Source: a virus
Reading direction: 5' to 3' (one strand)
Length of the DNA: 64,000 nt
Virus record (IMG/VR): IMGVR_UViG_3300035703_000022
Coordinates: 32,001-96,000 of that record
The position numbers and the translations under genes are program-made. The notes below the pieces were generated by a model. It was given only the letters and a program-made list of their open reading frames with translations. It had not been told where the DNA came from and searched no databases. This document shows positions 49,024 to 56,520 of this stretch, piece by piece (within the stretch, counting starts at the first letter, position 1; each line of letters begins with the position of its first letter).

Positions 49024-50047
49024 TCCATGCGTATGTCTTACGAATACCTTCTTCTAGAGTTTGAGAATAATCCCAACCGAGTTCTCTGCGGACTACATCA
49101 TTGTTGGAATTACGACCACGAACACCGAGAGGTGCATCTAATTTATGTTTTCTATTCACAACCTTACCAGAAACCCTAGCAGCAGTCTCTACGAGTTGAT
49201 TGATCGTAACCATTTCCTCAGATCCAATATTCACTGGACCTTGGAAATCAGACTCCATTAAACGACGGGTTGCTTCAAGACACTCATCAATGTAAAGGAA
49301 TGAACGAGTTTGTAAACCATCGCCCCAAACTTCAATAGTTCCACCTACTTCTGGAAGTTCTGCAACTTTGCGGCAGATTGCTGCGGGGGCTTTTTCTCTG
49401 CCGCCCGTCCAAGTTCCTTCTGGCCCGAATATATTGTGGTATCTAGCAACACGTACAGGAATACCATAGTTGCGATGATAAGCAAAATATAGACGTTCTG
49501 AAAACAGTTTTTCCCATCCGTATTCTGAGTCTGGATTTGCTGGATATGCGGATTCTTCACGACAATCAGGATTATCAGGATCGAGTTGGTTATGTTCTGG
49601 GTACATGCAAGCAGAACCAGAATAGAAAATCTTAGTTGTATTTTTACCAGTGCGTTCGTTCATTTGACGCTGCATCTCAAGTACATTCAGATTAATTGAT
49701 ACTGAATTATGCATAATATCTGCATCGTTCTCACCAGTAAACACAAATCCAGCTCCACCCATATCGGCAGCGAACTGATAGATTTCATCAAACGATTGGA
49801 TATAACGATAGGGAACTGACTGATAAAAGTTACCGCGATCACCCTTATATTCAAGTACACGACGAACAAAATCTACATCACGAAGATCCCCAAGAACAAA
49901 TTCGTTTGCTTCGTGTTTGGAGAACTCTGGATACTTAAGGTCTACACCACGAACCCAGTATCCTTCAGATCGCAATCTACGAACCATATGACTTCCAATA
50001 AAGCCACCGGCACCAAGCACAAGTGCCTTCTTAATGTATTGACTCAT
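48986..50047 (-). CDS. GDP-mannose 3,5-epimerase-like SDR
   Basis: GAGGFIG, AADMGGAG, SACMYP, YGWEKL, GGREKAPAAICRK, GVRGRNS. Confidence 0.88.
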   Translation of the reverse strand: MSQYIKKALVLGAGGFIGSHMVRRLRSEGYWVRGVDLKYPEFSKHEANEFVLGDLRDVDFVRRVLEYKGDRGNFYQSVPYRYIQSFDEIYQFAADMGGAGFVFTGENDADIMHNSVSINLNVLEMQRQMNERTGKNTTKIFYSGSACMYPEHNQLDPDNPDCREESAYPANPDSEYGWEKLFSERLYFAYHRNYGIPVRVARYHNIFGPEGTWTGGREKAPAAICRKVAELPEVGGTIEVWGDGLQTRSFLYIDECLEATRRLMESDFQGPVNIGSEEMVTINQLVETAARVSGKVVNRKHKLDAPLGVRGRNSNNDVVRRELGWDYSQTLEEGIRKTYAWIVAQIDKKNNEN

Positions 50048-50080
50048 TTTTTGATCAAAAATAATAATCTCATACTATAT

Positions 50081-50109
50081 ATTATACCAATTAGAGTAGA
50101 TATTTGCAA
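50081..50109 (-). promoter_or_regulatory. sigma70 promoter of the sugar operon
   Basis: TTGCAA-17nt-TATAAT. Confidence 0.7.
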
Positions 50110-50718
50110 GGAACTTTGAACAAACTATTTTATTTTGATGAAAAATATTTTTATAAATCTTATAATACTATTTCAAAAGAAGATAGAATAAATCTCATAA
50201 AAGAATCTGAACAGTACTTGAAAACTCACAGAAAGTTTGAAGAGTTACATCCTCCAATAATGGCAGAAAATTTCTTTGATAAACAAATTCTAGAGAAAAA
50301 GTGTTGGAAAAATCTTACAGATAAAGTAACTGATGAAGTAAACAATTATAGTAAGACTTATTTAAATACTAATGTAACATTTGAATCTTGTTGGATAAAC
50401 AAAGTAGATTACTACGAAGATAAAGATATAGAAAACACGTTATACTTTGATGAGGACGTACAATCCTACACAGATAATCACTATCATGCTCACCATGAAG
50501 GTCAACTCATAGGTTGTATTTTTTACTTGCAGAATCCAAATAAAAAATATGGCACTCTTGTCAGAACTAACAACGGATCCATAGTTCTCGATGGGACAGA
50601 AAATTCGTTAACTATTTTTGATCCAAGATTATATCACACTGCACTCGTACCAAATCCAGAAGTGTGTTCGATATATCCAAGATATGTAATTTTAATGTCC
50701 TTCATAAGTTCCAACTAA
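50104..50718 (+). CDS. putative 2OG-Fe(II) oxygenase-like protein
   Basis: WIN...HAH...IFYL...FDPRLYH...RYV; lone plus-strand ORF. Confidence 0.65.
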   Translation: MQGTLNKLFYFDEKYFYKSYNTISKEDRINLIKESEQYLKTHRKFEELHPPIMAENFFDKQILEKKCWKNLTDKVTDEVNNYSKTYLNTNVTFESCWINKVDYYEDKDIENTLYFDEDVQSYTDNHYHAHHEGQLIGCIFYLQNPNKKYGTLVRTNNGSIVLDGTENSLTIFDPRLYHTALVPNPEVCSIYPRYVILMSFISSN

Positions 50719-50740
50719 AAAAGGTGGGATTTCTCCCACC
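50717..50740 (-). terminator. terminator after the manA-like RNA
   Basis: GGTGGGA-GAAA-TCCCACC + TTTTTT. Confidence 0.8.
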
Positions 50741-50746
50741 TCTAAA

Positions 50747-50848
50747 GCTCAGGCTCGCCACTTGTTTTGAGTACGAGAAAACAAGAAACTCGGCGGGGTT
50801 AACCCCATCCGCACCAGGGCACGATTAACGTCTGTCCGAGACGGGCAT
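50747..50848 (-). ncRNA. manA/wcaG-like cyanophage structured RNA (intact module)
   Basis: CGTCT/AGACG hairpin, CTGGTGCGGA, GGGG/CCCC, CTTGTTTT/AAAACAAG, TGGCG. Confidence 0.6.
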
Positions 50849-50855
50849 ATTGGGG

Positions 50856-51146
50856 ATGACTCCACCACTTAGTTTTGAGAAACTAAGAAAAGTTGGATGA
50901 GTTTAGGTATCTCAATAGCAGCATAGAAAGCACACAAGAAGAGAATATCCCAAAACTTATATTTGATTGCAAAGGGAACAACAAAGATGTTCCCAATACA
51001 TTTTACAAATAATCCAAGTTTCATATCTCCCCAAAGCAGAAAAAAGTATCCTGATAAGAGAAGTGCATTACCAATGTATCTGAATACATTAGATTTTATC
51101 ATAAGGGGTTTGCTCCCGACCAGTTCTGTTATAGACCATCCGTGTC
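50856..51146 (-). ncRNA. manA/wcaG-like RNA module interrupted by ORF 50869..51102
   Basis: GAC-ACGGATG-GTC...CTGGTCGGGAG before the ORF; CTTAGTTT/AAACTAAG-TGGTG at its end. Confidence 0.45.
50869..51102 (-). CDS. 77-aa multi-TM membrane protein
   Basis: three hydrophobic segments. Confidence 0.65.
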   Translation of the reverse strand: MIKSNVFRYIGNALLLSGYFFLLWGDMKLGLFVKCIGNIFVVPFAIKYKFWDILFLCAFYAAIEIPKLIQLFLVSQN

Positions 51147-51392
51147 TTCATCATCTTCCCGTATATAACAGGGAACACGATCCGGATCTAACCATTTCGC
51201 ATATTCAATGTCTTCCATTGCAGTAGTGCATTGTAGACCATTATCAAAAAGATAAATGTCATTCCAACGTTTAGTGTAGTGATCTTTCTTTTGCATTCTA
51301 TAGTCAGGCATACCATTTAATTCAATGATACCCTTTTGAACAAACCTATATCCCTCTCGTTCGAAAAGGACTTTAGGAAGTGTTTCAATCAC
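51129..51392 (-). CDS. conserved cyanophage hypothetical protein
   Basis: YRFVQKGIIELNGMPDYR...AKWLD. Confidence 0.75.
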   Translation of the reverse strand: MIETLPKVLFEREGYRFVQKGIIELNGMPDYRMQKKDHYTKRWNDIYLFDNGLQCTTAMEDIEYAKWLDPDRVPCYIREDDEDTDGL

Positions 51393-51610
51393 GATACAAG
51401 AGCTCCTTCAGCTTCAAGATCAGCATAGATATAATCAATCAACATCTCATAGTCATCCAGAGGATCTCCGGAGAAAATTACACCATTAGATTCATAAAAC
51501 TTACGAACTTTTTTAAAGAGTTTTGGATTTTTTACATCCAGATAAGATTCTCCGTTCGCAGCAGACTTCAGAGTTTGAATGTCTTTTTTGAATTTATCAG
51601 TGAGTGACAT
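51389..51610 (-). CDS. conserved cyanophage hypothetical protein
   Basis: LDVKNPKLFKKV...FSGDPLDDY. Confidence 0.75.
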   Translation of the reverse strand: MSLTDKFKKDIQTLKSAANGESYLDVKNPKLFKKVRKFYESNGVIFSGDPLDDYEMLIDYIYADLEAEGALVS

Positions 51611-51688
51611 TTGTTTGAATTTGTTTACCTTGTTATTATAGGGGATTGACTTGGAGAAGTCAAGACGGACAGTTCGGTTTCTGTCCTA

Positions 51689-51761
51689 TGCTCCTTGCGT
51701 GGATCGAACACGCCTCAGGCGAATTATGAGTTCGCTGCATTCACCAGATTGCTAAAGGAGC
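51689..51761 (-). tRNA. tRNA-Met/Ile2(CAT)
   Basis: GCGAA-CTCATAA-TTCGC. Confidence 0.88.
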
Positions 51762-51765
51762 AAAG

Positions 51766-51837
51766 TAGGACTGGAGGGAATTGAACCCTCTTCACACCGT
51801 TATAAGCAGTGGGCCTTAACCAATAGGCGACAGTCCC
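51766..51837 (-). tRNA. tRNA-Ile(TAT)
   Basis: CACTG-CTTATAA-CGGTG. Confidence 0.88.
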
Positions 51838-51877
51838 GCAAAATACAAGTCAATTATAGAGGACTTGGAACTCTTTG

Positions 51878-52051
51878 TCAAGAGGCTTCGTTATTTAACT
51901 CTGTGTATATGCGTATAAGTTCGTCATCTGCAGGGATCATAACTGCCGTTTGTCCTTTTTCGTTAATTATACCTATACTCTCTCCATTTTCAACTCTATC
52001 AATCATTTCTTCCCAGCGTTTTTGGAACTCTTGCACTGTGTAGATTTTCAT
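51878..52051 (-). CDS. Phd/YefM antitoxin-like small protein
   Basis: MKIYTVQEFQKRWEEMIDRVENGESIGI...AVMIP; TATAAATA at 52060-52067. Confidence 0.6.
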   Translation of the reverse strand: MKIYTVQEFQKRWEEMIDRVENGESIGIINEKGQTAVMIPADDELIRIYTELNNEAS

Positions 52052-52069
52052 AGTTTTTATATTTATAAA

Positions 52070-52143
52070 TCGGGCATGAGGGATTTGAACCCCCGACATC
52101 CTGCTCCCAAAGCAGGCGCGCTACCAAACTGCGCTAATGCCCG
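52070..52143 (-). tRNA. tRNA-Pro(TGG)
   Basis: CCTGC-TTTGGGA-GCAGG. Confidence 0.92.
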
Positions 52144-52163
52144 ATTACTAGTATATAGTAACA

Positions 52164-52313
52164 CTAATGATCCTTTTTGTCAAATGGCTGCCAATGTTGC
52201 CAGTTATACTTGTGAATTGCCCAGATACCCATGATAGGCAAAACAACTAAGAGATATCCAATAATACCTAATGTATAAGGATTTTCAAGTACCCATCGTG
52301 CAAAATGTGTCAT
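52164..52313 (-). CDS. small membrane protein (one of several tiny ORFs in 52164-53124)
   Basis: MTHFARWVLENPYTLGIIGYLLVVLPIMGIWAIH. Confidence 0.6.
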   Translation of the reverse strand: MTHFARWVLENPYTLGIIGYLLVVLPIMGIWAIHKYNWQHWQPFDKKDH

Positions 52314-52772
52314 CAGTTTCATTGTGGATATGCGTTATGAAGACCCCAGTAAATAAAGGTCGCAATAGAACTAAAAAGTAAAAGTGAAGATATAAGTGTG
52401 TGCATTACATTCCTCCGTTTCTAAATCCGACTATGTAACCGATAATGAGCCCACACATAAAGGAAACAAACATATACAAAATGTGAGAAACAAATTCAAT
52501 AAAAATTAACCAATCAGTCGTCGTCATCGTCTTCATAAGTAGATGGTTCTTCAAAGAGTTCTTCCATTTTTTGATGCAAAACTCTTTCTTGCAGTTCTTT
52601 TAAATCGTCCTCTGTGATCATTTGTCCTTTAAAAGTTCTTCGATTCTTTTACGCATATTTGTACTATCTTGTTTCATATAGTCACGAATAGAATAACCAC
52701 GTTGATTTCTCAGAATGCATGTTCCTTGATAAAACATTGTGGCAGCAAATACTAACAACAACACAATACCAA

Positions 52773-52976
52773 TTATTTCAGGGTAATGTTGAGCCATGGT
52801 AGTACAGGTGGAATAACGCCTATAAGTCTCAACAATCCTTCAGCAAATAAAGCAAGGACAACCCAACCAACGCACATACTAATAATGGAAGCATTCCGAT
52901 TGTGCCTTCGTATAGCAGCATCAATCATCTCCTGAACTTCAGAACGTGTAATAAATTCTTCCTGTTCGTGCATCAT
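52773..52976 (-). CDS. small membrane protein
   Basis: EVQEMIDAAIRRHNRNASIISM + TM. Confidence 0.7.
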   Translation of the reverse strand: MMHEQEEFITRSEVQEMIDAAIRRHNRNASIISMCVGWVVLALFAEGLLRLIGVIPPVLPWLNITLK

Positions 52977-53236
52977 TTCTCATCTCCAAGAAATTTTGCT
53001 AAAGGATCTCTCCTTGTTTTTACAATTTCAACTGCTCTTTTATAGAACATATTATCAGTGTTACCAGAGGTTTCAAAAGTTGCCTTGATCTTCACCCAAT
53101 TATCATAGGTACGATCGTCCATACTGCCATTGAATTGTACATAATTATATACTAATCACGGAAGCTCTAAAGGCAACCTTATGTGTTCAACTCGTAACAC
53201 TCATTAAGTAATAATTAAATTTGTAGTAATTTTAAA

Positions 53237-53321
53237 CGGAAAGGAGAGGATTCGAACCTCCGGATGCTTTCACATCGACTGTTTTCAAGACAGTTGCCTT
53301 AAACCACTCGGCCACCTTTCC
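53237..53321 (-). tRNA. tRNA-Ser(TGA)
   Basis: ACTGT-CTTGAAA-ACAGT, long variable arm. Confidence 0.92.
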
Positions 53322-53324
53322 ATA

Positions 53325-53413
53325 CGGAGAATGTTGGATTCGAACCAACGGAGAAGTGTAAACTCCTCAAGAACTTAGCAGGTTCCCGCCTTAAACCACT
53401 CGGCCAATTCTCC
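53325..53413 (-). tRNA. tRNA-Ser(GCT)
   Basis: GGAAC-CTGCTAA-GTTCT, long variable arm. Confidence 0.9.
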
Positions 53414-53664
53414 TATCGGATTTCAAAATCCAGTTTACGAACTTTACGGGCTCGTCTGGACTCTTGGAAAGCAAGTTCAGATGGACTGAATAGACTATCT
53501 TTCTTATTTTCCTTTATTGAGTTTAACATAACAACTTGATTTAGGTCAACAGCAGTGATAGTGTCTCCCTTTACAAGTGTCATATTATCACATCCACAAC
53601 ATACTGATTTTGTTGGATGCGACTCCAACTCGGTGTTACACACCTTACATCTTACTTTTAACAT
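53413..53664 (-). CDS. Cys-rich hypothetical protein
   Basis: CKVC...CCGCDN; RRARKVRKLDFEIR. Confidence 0.75.
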   Translation of the reverse strand: MLKVRCKVCNTELESHPTKSVCCGCDNMTLVKGDTITAVDLNQVVMLNSIKENKKDSLFSPSELAFQESRRARKVRKLDFEIR

Positions 53665-53680
53665 TGTTCAATACCGTAAA

Positions 53681-54202
53681 TTAATCTTCAGTTGTTTCTT
53701 CTATTTGAATTTCAGGTTCTTCTTGTTCTAGAGTTTCTTCAACTTCTTCTTTTGCGAGTCCTGGAGAGGATTCAAGATAAGATCTTAACATCCAAACAAA
53801 TTTTCCGTGAGACTCATTTAGATCATCTGCAAGATTTGAAGTTGCTCTGGACTTCTGAGCATCTGCTTCCTCAGCAACTTCAGTAAATAAATTACACAGA
53901 TCTTGATTTGATTTTAACAGATCTCTAGCCATTTTATGACAATCTGTTGTACTTTGTCCAGTTTTTACTTTGGAAACTTCTACAATTCTCTCTAAACTAT
54001 TAAGTGGTTTTACATTTAAAAATCTCATGTGTTCGGAGATACGATCAATCTCTTCAAACATGGTTTCATACTGATCACCAAAGAGAGTATGAAGTTGTGG
54101 AAAATCTTCCCCTACTACATTCCAATGATAAGCCCAAGTCTTATGAAATAAGACAAAGAGAGACGCTTGTGCATCACTTAGTAGTTTAAAAAGTTTTTCC
54201 AT
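53681..54202 (-). CDS. dps: Dps/ferritin-like DNA protection protein
   Basis: HWNVVGEDFPQLHTLFGDQY...DRISE, KFVWML. Confidence 0.9.
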   Translation of the reverse strand: MEKLFKLLSDAQASLFVLFHKTWAYHWNVVGEDFPQLHTLFGDQYETMFEEIDRISEHMRFLNVKPLNSLERIVEVSKVKTGQSTTDCHKMARDLLKSNQDLCNLFTEVAEEADAQKSRATSNLADDLNESHGKFVWMLRSYLESSPGLAKEEVEETLEQEEPEIQIEETTED

Positions 54203-54233
54203 TATACCAAAATACTTTAGAAGTATTTATTAA

Positions 54234-54305
54234 TGGGAAATATCGGATTCGAACCAATGACTTACTGCTTGTAAGGCAGTCACTCTACCGCTGAGTTAAT
54301 CTCCC
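54234..54305 (-). tRNA. tRNA-Val(TAC)
   Basis: ACTGC-CTTACAA-GCAGT. Confidence 0.92.
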
Positions 54306-54308
54306 GAG

Positions 54309-54379
54309 AGCGGGTAACCGGATTTGAACCGGTGAGAACAACTTGGAAGGATGTCATGTTACCGCTACATCATACCCGC
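54309..54379 (-). tRNA. tRNA-Gly(TCC)
   Basis: loop CTTCCAA, GCG acceptor, U73. Confidence 0.88.
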
Positions 54380-54419
54380 TTATATACCAATCATAAACTA
54401 TTTAAGTTTGATTGGCAAG

Positions 54420-54502
54420 TGCTCCAGAGAAGATTTGAACTTCCACGCTTTTTAAGGCGGCGGATTCTAAGTCCGCTGTGTCTACCGTTCCACCACTGAA
54501 GC
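54420..54502 (-). tRNA. tRNA-Leu(TAG)
   Basis: GCGGA-CTTAGAA-TCCGC, long variable arm. Confidence 0.92.
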
Positions 54503-54504
54503 TA

Positions 54505-54653
54505 ATGAGTAGTGAGTGCCCACCACTCGCGGAAGACACTCTCCGCAACTAACGGGGGTGATCAAATCCCCGACCTAAGAAAACTTAGGATTTAGTGAGT
54601 CGGATATGATGATCCCGACTCGTATGAAAGACCCGAACATTTCCAGACCTTTC
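54505..54653 (-). ncRNA. candidate structured RNA (six consecutive hairpins)
   Basis: six hairpins read by eye between tRNA-Asn and tRNA-Leu. Confidence 0.5.
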
Positions 54654-54655
54654 AA

Positions 54656-54728
54656 CTCCCCCACCTGGACTCGAACCAGGAACCCCAGAGTTAACAGCTC
54701 CGTGCTCTGCCAATTGAGCTATAAGGGA
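54656..54728 (-). tRNA. tRNA-Asn(GTT)
   Basis: CGGAG-CTGTTAA-CTCTG. Confidence 0.92.
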
Positions 54729-54731
54729 ATG

Positions 54732-54806
54732 TGGTGGCGGGGGGAGGAATTGAACCTCCTTCCTGAAGCTTATGAGACTTCTGTGCAACCGTTACACTTC
54801 CCCACG
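54732..54806 (-). tRNA. tRNA-Met(CAT), C1:C72 mismatch, encoded CCA
   Basis: GAAGT-CTCATAA-GCTTC. Confidence 0.8.
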
Positions 54807-54900
54807 ATGATGGATTAAGTGTGATACACCTCATAAGGATGTAACAGGGACTTAACCTCTATCAATGTATATAGTAACAAACTTTTGTAAGTTTGTCAAG

Positions 54901-54974
54901 CGTCCTCTGCAAGATTCGAACTTGCGACTTCTTGGTTCGTAGCCAAGCACTCTGGTCCACTGAGTTAAGAGGAC
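54901..54974 (-). tRNA. tRNA-Arg(ACG)
   Basis: CTTGG-CTACGAA-CCAAG. Confidence 0.92.
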
Positions 54975-54978
54975 AAGG

Positions 54979-55049
54979 CGAAGGATGAGGGACTTGAACC
55001 CCCACTAACGGTTTTGGAGACCGTCGTGCTACCATTACACCAATCCAAC
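54979..55049 (-). tRNA. tRNA-Trp(CCA), two U:U mismatches in acceptor stem
   Basis: ACGGT-CTCCAAA-ACCGT. Confidence 0.82.
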
Positions 55050-55053
55050 AAGG

Positions 55054-55126
55054 TGTCCGTGAGAGGATTCGAACCTCTAACACCTACCCCCTCAAGATAG
55101 TGCCTCTTCCATTGGGCTACACGGAC
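55054..55126 (-). tRNA. tRNA with Leu(GAG) anticodon and short variable loop
   Basis: CTATC-TTGAGGG-GGTAG. Confidence 0.8.
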
Positions 55127-55200
55127 TGGCTGAGAAACTAGGACTCGAACCTAGATAAACTCCTTCAAAGGGAGGTGTCCTACCATTAGACGATTTCTCA
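55127..55200 (-). tRNA. tRNA-Gln(TTG)
   Basis: loop CTTTGAA, U1-A72, G73, CCA. Confidence 0.9.
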
Positions 55201-55205
55201 ATAGG

Positions 55206-55281
55206 AGTTCAGGGTGGGATTCGAACCCACGGTGATAGAAGTTTTGCAGACTTCTGCATTCGACCACTCTGCCACCTGAAC
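55206..55281 (-). tRNA. tRNA-Cys(GCA)
   Basis: GAAGT-CTGCAAA-ACTTC, U73. Confidence 0.9.
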
Positions 55282-55285
55282 TAAG

Positions 55286-55357
55286 AGCCCTCAGTCGGAT
55301 TTGAACCAACGACCTACTCATTACTAGTGAGTTGCTCTACCTCTGAGCTATAAGGGC
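55286..55357 (-). tRNA. tRNA-Thr(AGT)
   Basis: ACTCA-CTAGTAA-TGAGT. Confidence 0.88.
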
Positions 55358-55359
55358 GG

Positions 55360-55430
55360 GGTGTCGTGAGGGAATCGAACCCTCATATAGAGAACCACAA
55401 TCTCCTGTCTTACCATTAGACTAACGACAC
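55360..55430 (-). tRNA. tRNA-His(GTG)
   Basis: GGAGA-TTGTGGT-TCTCT, C73. Confidence 0.88.
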
Positions 55431-55431
55431 A

Positions 55432-55503
55432 AGGCAGTGGGTAGAATTGAACTACCGACATAGAGGGTATGAATCTCTTGTTCTACCACTGAACTACACT
55501 GCC
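55432..55503 (-). tRNA. tRNA-Met(CAT)
   Basis: loop TTCATAC. Confidence 0.82.
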
Positions 55504-55507
55504 AAAG

Positions 55508-55579
55508 TGGAACCGACAAGATTTGAACTTGTGACCGCTCGGTTATCAGCCGAGTGCTCTACCGCTGAGCTACGATTCC
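55508..55579 (-). tRNA. tRNA-Ile(GAT)
   Basis: CTCGG-CTGATAA-CCGAG. Confidence 0.92.
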
Positions 55580-55583
55580 AGAG

Positions 55584-55657
55584 AGGGAACAATCGGATTT
55601 GAACCGATAACACCATGATCTTCAATCATGTGCTCTACCAATTGGAGCTATGTTCCC
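55584..55657 (-). tRNA. tRNA-Phe(GAA)
   Basis: CATGA-TTGAAGA-TCATG. Confidence 0.9.
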
Positions 55658-55660
55658 AAG

Positions 55661-55734
55661 TCCAGATGAAAGGATTTGAACCTCCGACAACTCCGCCCCA
55701 AACGGAGGGCTCTACCAAACTGAGCTACATCTGG
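55661..55734 (-). tRNA. tRNA-Pro(TGG), second copy
   Basis: CTCCG-TTTGGGG-CGGAG. Confidence 0.9.
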
Positions 55735-55735
55735 T

Positions 55736-55810
55736 TGGTATTCCTAACGGGATTCGAACCCGTGCTGCCACCTTGAAAGGGTGGTGACCTAACCGCTAGT
55801 CGATAGGAAC
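55736..55810 (-). tRNA. tRNA-Glu(TTC)
   Basis: CCACC-CTTTCAA-GGTGG, CCA. Confidence 0.92.
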
Positions 55811-56007
55811 TTGATGGGAGGGGTATCCCACACGAAGTCACTTATGGATTACGCTTCGTAGCCTTATGAATCCTGCCATCATCCGATGGTGGTTAGAAAT
55901 CCCTCCCCAATTCCAGTTCTTGCTACGTCATTCCTTACCTAACTGGCAACATTCAGGATGACGTGCTACAACCGCCAAGGAGGGACACTCCATCAGCAGC
56001 GTAGCAA
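55811..56007 (-). ncRNA. candidate ~195-nt multi-helix structured RNA
   Basis: several long-range complementary segments; bounded exactly by two tRNAs. Confidence 0.55.
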
Positions 56008-56081
56008 CGACCCATACGGGATTCGAACCCGTGATCTCCACCGTGACAGGGTGGCGTGATAATCCTCTACACTAATGGGTC
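56008..56081 (-). tRNA. tRNA-Asp(GTC)
   Basis: CCACC-CTGTCAC-GGTGG. Confidence 0.92.
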
Positions 56082-56085
56082 AAGG

Positions 56086-56167
56086 TGGGAGGAACAGGAT
56101 TTGAACCTGTGAAGGCAGAGCCGTCTGATTTACAGTCAGATTCCTTTAACCACTCGGAAATCCTCCC
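56086..56167 (-). tRNA. tRNA-Tyr(GTA)
   Basis: TCTGA-CTGTAAA-TCAGA, long variable arm. Confidence 0.92.
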
Positions 56168-56171
56168 ACGA

Positions 56172-56243
56172 TGGGACATCTCGGATTCGAACCGAGGACT
56201 AACCGGTTAAAAGCCGGATACTCTACCGCTGAGTTAATGTCCC
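56172..56243 (-). tRNA. tRNA-Lys(TTT)
   Basis: CCGG-CTTTTAA-CCGG. Confidence 0.92.
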
Positions 56244-56421
56244 AAAGAATTAAATTTTCAAGGTTCGGAGTGTGGTCTCTCTCGACCACTTGGCTAGAAT
56301 ACCACCGTTTGATCTCTGGAGGGAGGTTGGTGGACACTTAGAAAACTGTCACAGACAACAAAAAAGGGGAGGAAACTTTTTGGTTTCTCTCCCCTTCTTT
56401 TGCTTTTATGAATTAAACATC

Positions 56422-56520
56422 TTACATATGTCTATCCATATCCGCAAACAGGGGAGTACCCTCAATATGCCAATAGCGGCAATCGAGAATAGTAAACTGT
56501 TTGGGCATTGGATAAGACAT
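56422..56520 (-). CDS. 32-aa peptide with its own late promoter and terminator
   Basis: MSYPMPKQFTILDCRYWHIEGTPLFADMDRHM; TATAAATA 56542-56549; hairpin + T run 56360-56396. Confidence 0.5.
   Translation of the reverse strand: MSYPMPKQFTILDCRYWHIEGTPLFADMDRHM

Noticed and set aside
519-49869. Numerous plus-strand and alternate-frame ORFs (e.g. 519..956, 7207..7770, 38617..39147, 46696..47199)
   Set aside because: Shadow frames of well-supported minus-strand genes, with no motifs or SD
55811-56007. tmRNA, RNase P RNA or group I intron
   Set aside because: Too short; no tRNA-like ends or tag ORF, no recognisable P4 or P7 core, and it does not interrupt a tRNA
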